Below, one piece after another: positions 62,876-64,000 of a stretch of 64,000 nt of DNA. The position numbers were made by a program, and so were the translations under genes. Source of the DNA: Actinomycetota bacterium. GTDB taxonomy: Bacteria > Actinomycetota > JAICYB01. Location: assembly GCA_035640475.1 (NCBI GenBank), contig DASQWC010000215.1, positions 1,450 through 65,449 on the forward strand, written 5' to 3'. Under the pieces are notes generated by a model. It was not told where the DNA came from. It did not search any database and worked only from the letters and a program-made list of their open reading frames with translations. Numbering within the stretch: position 1 is the stretch's first letter; each line of letters opens with the position of its first letter.

Positions 62876-64000
62876 TCAGTAAACGGGAATGGAGGGATCG
62901 ACCTCTTGCGCGAAGGCGTTGATGCCGCCGGCGAGATTCTTCACCTTCGAGTAACCGATTGAGTTCAGGAACTGCGTCGCCTGTGCGCTCCGTGCGCCTG
63001 TGCGGCACACGACGACGATGTCGTCGGCCGTCGAGAGCTCGTGCACGCGGTTCACGACCTCGTTCATCGGCATGAGCTTGTAGTCCCACGGCAGCGTCGA
63101 GATCTCGAGCTCGAAGGGCTCGCGCACGTCGACGAGCACGGGCGGCGTGTCGGTCTTCATAAGCGCGGCGAGTTCCTCGGGCGTGACGGCCGGCACAACG
63201 CCCTCGATCTCCGGCTCGGCCCCCCGGATCCCGCAGAACTCCTCGTAGTCGATGAGCTCGGTCACGGTGGGGTTCTCACCGCAGATCGGGCAGGAGGGAT
63301 CCTTGCGCACCTTGATGGACTTGAACTCCATCTCCAGCGCGTCGTAGAGCTTGAGCCGTCCGATGAGCGGACTTCCTCGCCCGATGAGGAGCTTCACAGC
63401 TTCCGTCGCTTGCACCGAGCCGATCGTCGCGCACAACACCCCGAGGACACCCCCCTCCGCACAGGACGGAACCATGCCCGGCGGCGGCGGCTCCGGGTAC
63501 AGGCACCGGTAGCACGGTCCGCGCTCGGCCCAGAAGACCGAGACCTGACCCTCGAAGCGGAAGATCGATCCCCACACGTACGGCTTACCGAGCAGTACGC
63601 ACGCATCGTTGACGAGGTAGCGTGTGGGGAAGTTGTCGGTTCCGTCGACGATCAGGTCGTAGTCCTTCAGGATCTCGAGCGCGTTGGACGAGTCCAGCCG
63701 CGTCTCGTGCAGGACGACGTTCACGTTCGGGTTGATCTCGGCGATCGAGTCGCGTGCCGACTCGGCTTTCGAGCGGCCGACGTCGGACTGTCCGTGGATG
63801 ATCTGTCGCTGGAGGTTCGTCTCGTCGACGACGTCGAACTCGACGATGCCCAGCGTCCCGACGCCGGCGGCGGCGAGGTACATCGCGACCGGGGAGCCGA
63901 GGCCGCCGGCACCGATGCACAACACCTTGGCCGCTTTCAGTCGCGTCTGGCCCTCCATCGCGACCTCGGGCATGATCAGGTGCCTCGAGTAGCGACGGAC
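62876..64000 (-). CDS. moeB: MoeB/ThiF-type adenylyltransferase fused to a C-terminal rhodanese domain (MoeZ-like); N-terminus outside the window
   Basis: VLCIGAGGLGSP..., CYRCLYP...PSCAEGGVLG, CPICG, and a C-terminal rhodanese VVVCRTGARS. The frame stays open upstream of the listed Met (..VRRYSRHLIMPEV..), so the gene continues past 64000. Confidence 0.9.
   Translation of the reverse strand, partial: VRRYSRHLIMPEVAMEGQTRLKAAKVLCIGAGGLGSPVAMYLAAAGVGTLGIVEFDVVDETNLQRQIIHGQSDVGRSKAESARDSIAEINPNVNVVLHETRLDSSNALEILKDYDLIVDGTDNFPTRYLVNDACVLLGKPYVWGSIFRFEGQVSVFWAERGPCYRCLYPEPPPPGMVPSCAEGGVLGVLCATIGSVQATEAVKLLIGRGSPLIGRLKLYDALEMEFKSIKVRKDPSCPICGENPTVTELIDYEEFCGIRGAEPEIEGVVPAVTPEELAALMKTDTPPVLVDVREPFELEISTLPWDYKLMPMNEVVNRVHELSTADDIVVVCRTGARSAQATQFLNSIGYSKVKNLAGGINAFAQEVDPSIPVY

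Noticed and set aside
61266-62882. 538-aa plus-strand ORF
   Set aside because: It is antisense to the esterase and P-loop kinase genes. No motifs.
1-64000. Mobile element, prophage, genomic island or defence-system content
   Set aside because: I recognised no integrase, transposase, recombinase, phage structural, restriction-modification, toxin-antitoxin or cas genes. There is no tRNA integration site. Gene content is housekeeping or metabolic throughout.

Overview
This is a visibly GC-rich (not computed), gene-dense, mostly housekeeping chromosomal segment that looks like Actinomycetota. Supporting features are an LPXTG surface protein, DUF3040/DUF1416/DUF4234-type small proteins, a MoeB-rhodanese fusion, a Pol-PE-Lig LigD, a PPOX/F420-type protein, and many 1-8 nt stop/start overlaps. 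I call about 70 CDS. They include ispH, a moxR-DUF58-transglutaminase operon, and a Liv-type ABC importer with fused permease and fused ATPase genes. Also present are acyl-CoA dehydrogenase/enoyl-CoA hydratases, dinB, icd, an XRE-cupin regulator-leuC-leuD operon, and aroF-trpS. Further calls are ltaE, pfk, glpK, a PlsC-like acyltransferase, nth, a SigF/SigB-type partner-switching cluster, ligD, and a GAF-PAS-GAF-PP2C sensor phosphatase. The window ends with a ROK glucokinase/ArsA-like ATPase/MerR cluster, OsmC/DJ-1/PrpD-like genes and moeB. I saw no rRNA, tRNA, CRISPR, transposase, integrase, phage or recognisable defence genes. The signals not explained by CDS annotation are four. (1) A 23-codon ORF rich in Trp/Tyr/Phe codons, followed by an intrinsic terminator that ends 10 nt before the aroF ATG; this is a candidate ribosome-mediated attenuator for aroF-trpS. 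(2) A family of roughly 80-130 nt GC-rich, hairpin-forming repeats at five loci; one forms a CDS 3' end, one splits leuC from leuD, and one is internally duplicated. (3) A partner-switching locus with a degenerate second anti-sigma paralogue. (4) An endonuclease III whose second Fe-S cysteine position is His. Many long ORFs in the supplied track are antisense shadows of real genes. All start codons are my own choices, and family names marked tentative rest on motif recognition only, with no searches run.
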